From: Utricularia gibba
Lineage: Eukaryota; Plantae; Magnoliophyta
Assembly: GCA_002189035.1 (NCBI GenBank)
Contig: NEEC01000019.1
Span: 558,001 to 622,000 of the forward strand
Direction: 5' to 3'
Length of the DNA: 64,000 nucleotides
The notes below the pieces were generated by a model. That model was given only the letters and a program-made list of their open reading frames with translations. It made no database searches and had not been told where the DNA came from. Made by a program: the position numbers and the translations under genes. Of this stretch, positions 62,777 to 64,000 are shown one piece after another; position 1 is the stretch's first letter; every line of letters starts with the position of its first letter.

Positions 62777-64000
62777 ATGTTGTTCCCTCAGTTCATAAGC
62801 TTTGTTCTCTTTCTTATACTGTCTACTGCTCTCCTGATAACGCGCAAAACCGGGGAAAAAGCCTCGTTCTTTCAGCGGCTGGACGAGAAACAGTGCAATT
62901 TGTTTTCCGGAAGATGGATTTTTGATGATGTTGATTACCCTCTGTACAGGGAGGAGGAGTGTTCTTTCCTGGAATATGATTTTACATGTAAGAAGAATGG
63001 GAGAAAGAATTTCAAGTATCAGAACTGGAGATGGCAGCCCCATGATTGTCTTCTTCCAAGGTAGACGACCTCTGGCATTCCAGTTTCCCTTTACAAATAG
63101 TTGAAATTCCGATGTGGGAGTTTGAATGTAGGTTCAATGGGAAGAGGATGCTGGAGAAACTGAGGGGAAAGAAGATGGTGTTTGTGGGAGATTCAATGAA
63201 CAAAAATCAATGGAAATCATTGCTTTGCATGATAGAGCCCTATCTCATTCCATCCTCTAACAAAACACTCATTTTGGAGGGGAACCTCAAATTCTTTCAC
63301 TCCCATGTATGTATCTCTTCCTATGGCTTCTTCAAACACATATCTTTCTCACAAGGCAATGTTCACATTTACGACAGGAATACGATGCGACGATCGGATT
63401 CTATTGGGCGCCAATGCTCGTAGAATCAAACTGTGACAACATTGAGTTACATCGATTTTCGCCAAAGAAAGTCCGTCTCAACTCGATAGAAAAGCATGGG
63501 AGGCATTGGCTGGATGCAGACATCCTCATCTTCGATTCATTTGCATGGTGGATGAGCCAAACCATGATCATGTCGTATGTCTCATAACATTACGGTTTAT
63601 CGTATGGTAAGAGTATGGCTTACCTCGATGGATGGTTTTTCAGGTGGGGAGAGATCGATAGCCCCGATGCAATATACCAACCGATGGATAACAAAGCTCG
63701 CCGATTCGAGATGGCTTTGAACTCATGGTCAGATTGGCTGGAGATTCACATAAATCGAACCAAAACGAAGATGTTTTTCATGAGCTTTTCACCTTACAGA
63801 GAGTGGACTGGGAAGAACAAAACAGTTTGGGGTACAGACTTCTTCTGTCATGGTCGAGTGGAGCCGATTTTCGACGAGGGGTATTGGCCTAGTGCTGTGC
63901 ATCCTGACATGGTGCAAGTGCTGGAATCTGCCATAGAAAAGTTGGCAACGAGAGGAGTGCAAGTGCAATACCTGAACATCACACACCTTTCTGGTTTTCG
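62777..64000 (+). CDS. TBL34-like: TBL34-like O-acetyltransferase, copy 3 (diverged; 3' end beyond the window)
   Basis: Exons 62777-63060, 63132-63306, 63378-63574, 63644->64000, in frame. [60 protein letters not shown]. Confidence 0.9.

Overview
Plant (angiosperm) nuclear DNA with five host genes in a densely nested transposon landscape. Three co-oriented TRICHOME BIREFRINGENCE-LIKE (TBL34-like, putative polysaccharide O-acetyltransferase) genes are present: 3595-5124 (1-bp frameshift), 31945-33475 (intact) and 62777->64000 (diverged, runs off the window). The minus strand carries an NRT1/PTR (NPF) transporter (38175-36290) and a FLU (FLUORESCENT IN BLUE LIGHT) homologue whose 5' end does not read cleanly. 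Several elements can be bounded exactly by terminal repeats plus target-site duplications (TSDs): a 7.2-kb transposase-less hAT-type element (8779-15986), a MULE (22296-29273), a PIF/Harbinger (40526-44912), two solo LTRs (19231-20332, 47273-48640), and a 10.7-kb copia (51979-62666) that has a MULE nested in its LTR and sits just upstream of the third TBL. The most unusual signal is a spliced, FCP1/NIF-like HAD-domain accessory gene carried both by the MULE and by the hAT-type element, with identical intron positions and phases. In the hAT-type element it is fused in frame to a gypsy-type 'Transposase_28'-like domain and lies next to degenerate tandem arrays. A third small fragment of the same gene lies at ~29.99 kb. 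All family assignments come from motif recognition by eye; no database search was run.
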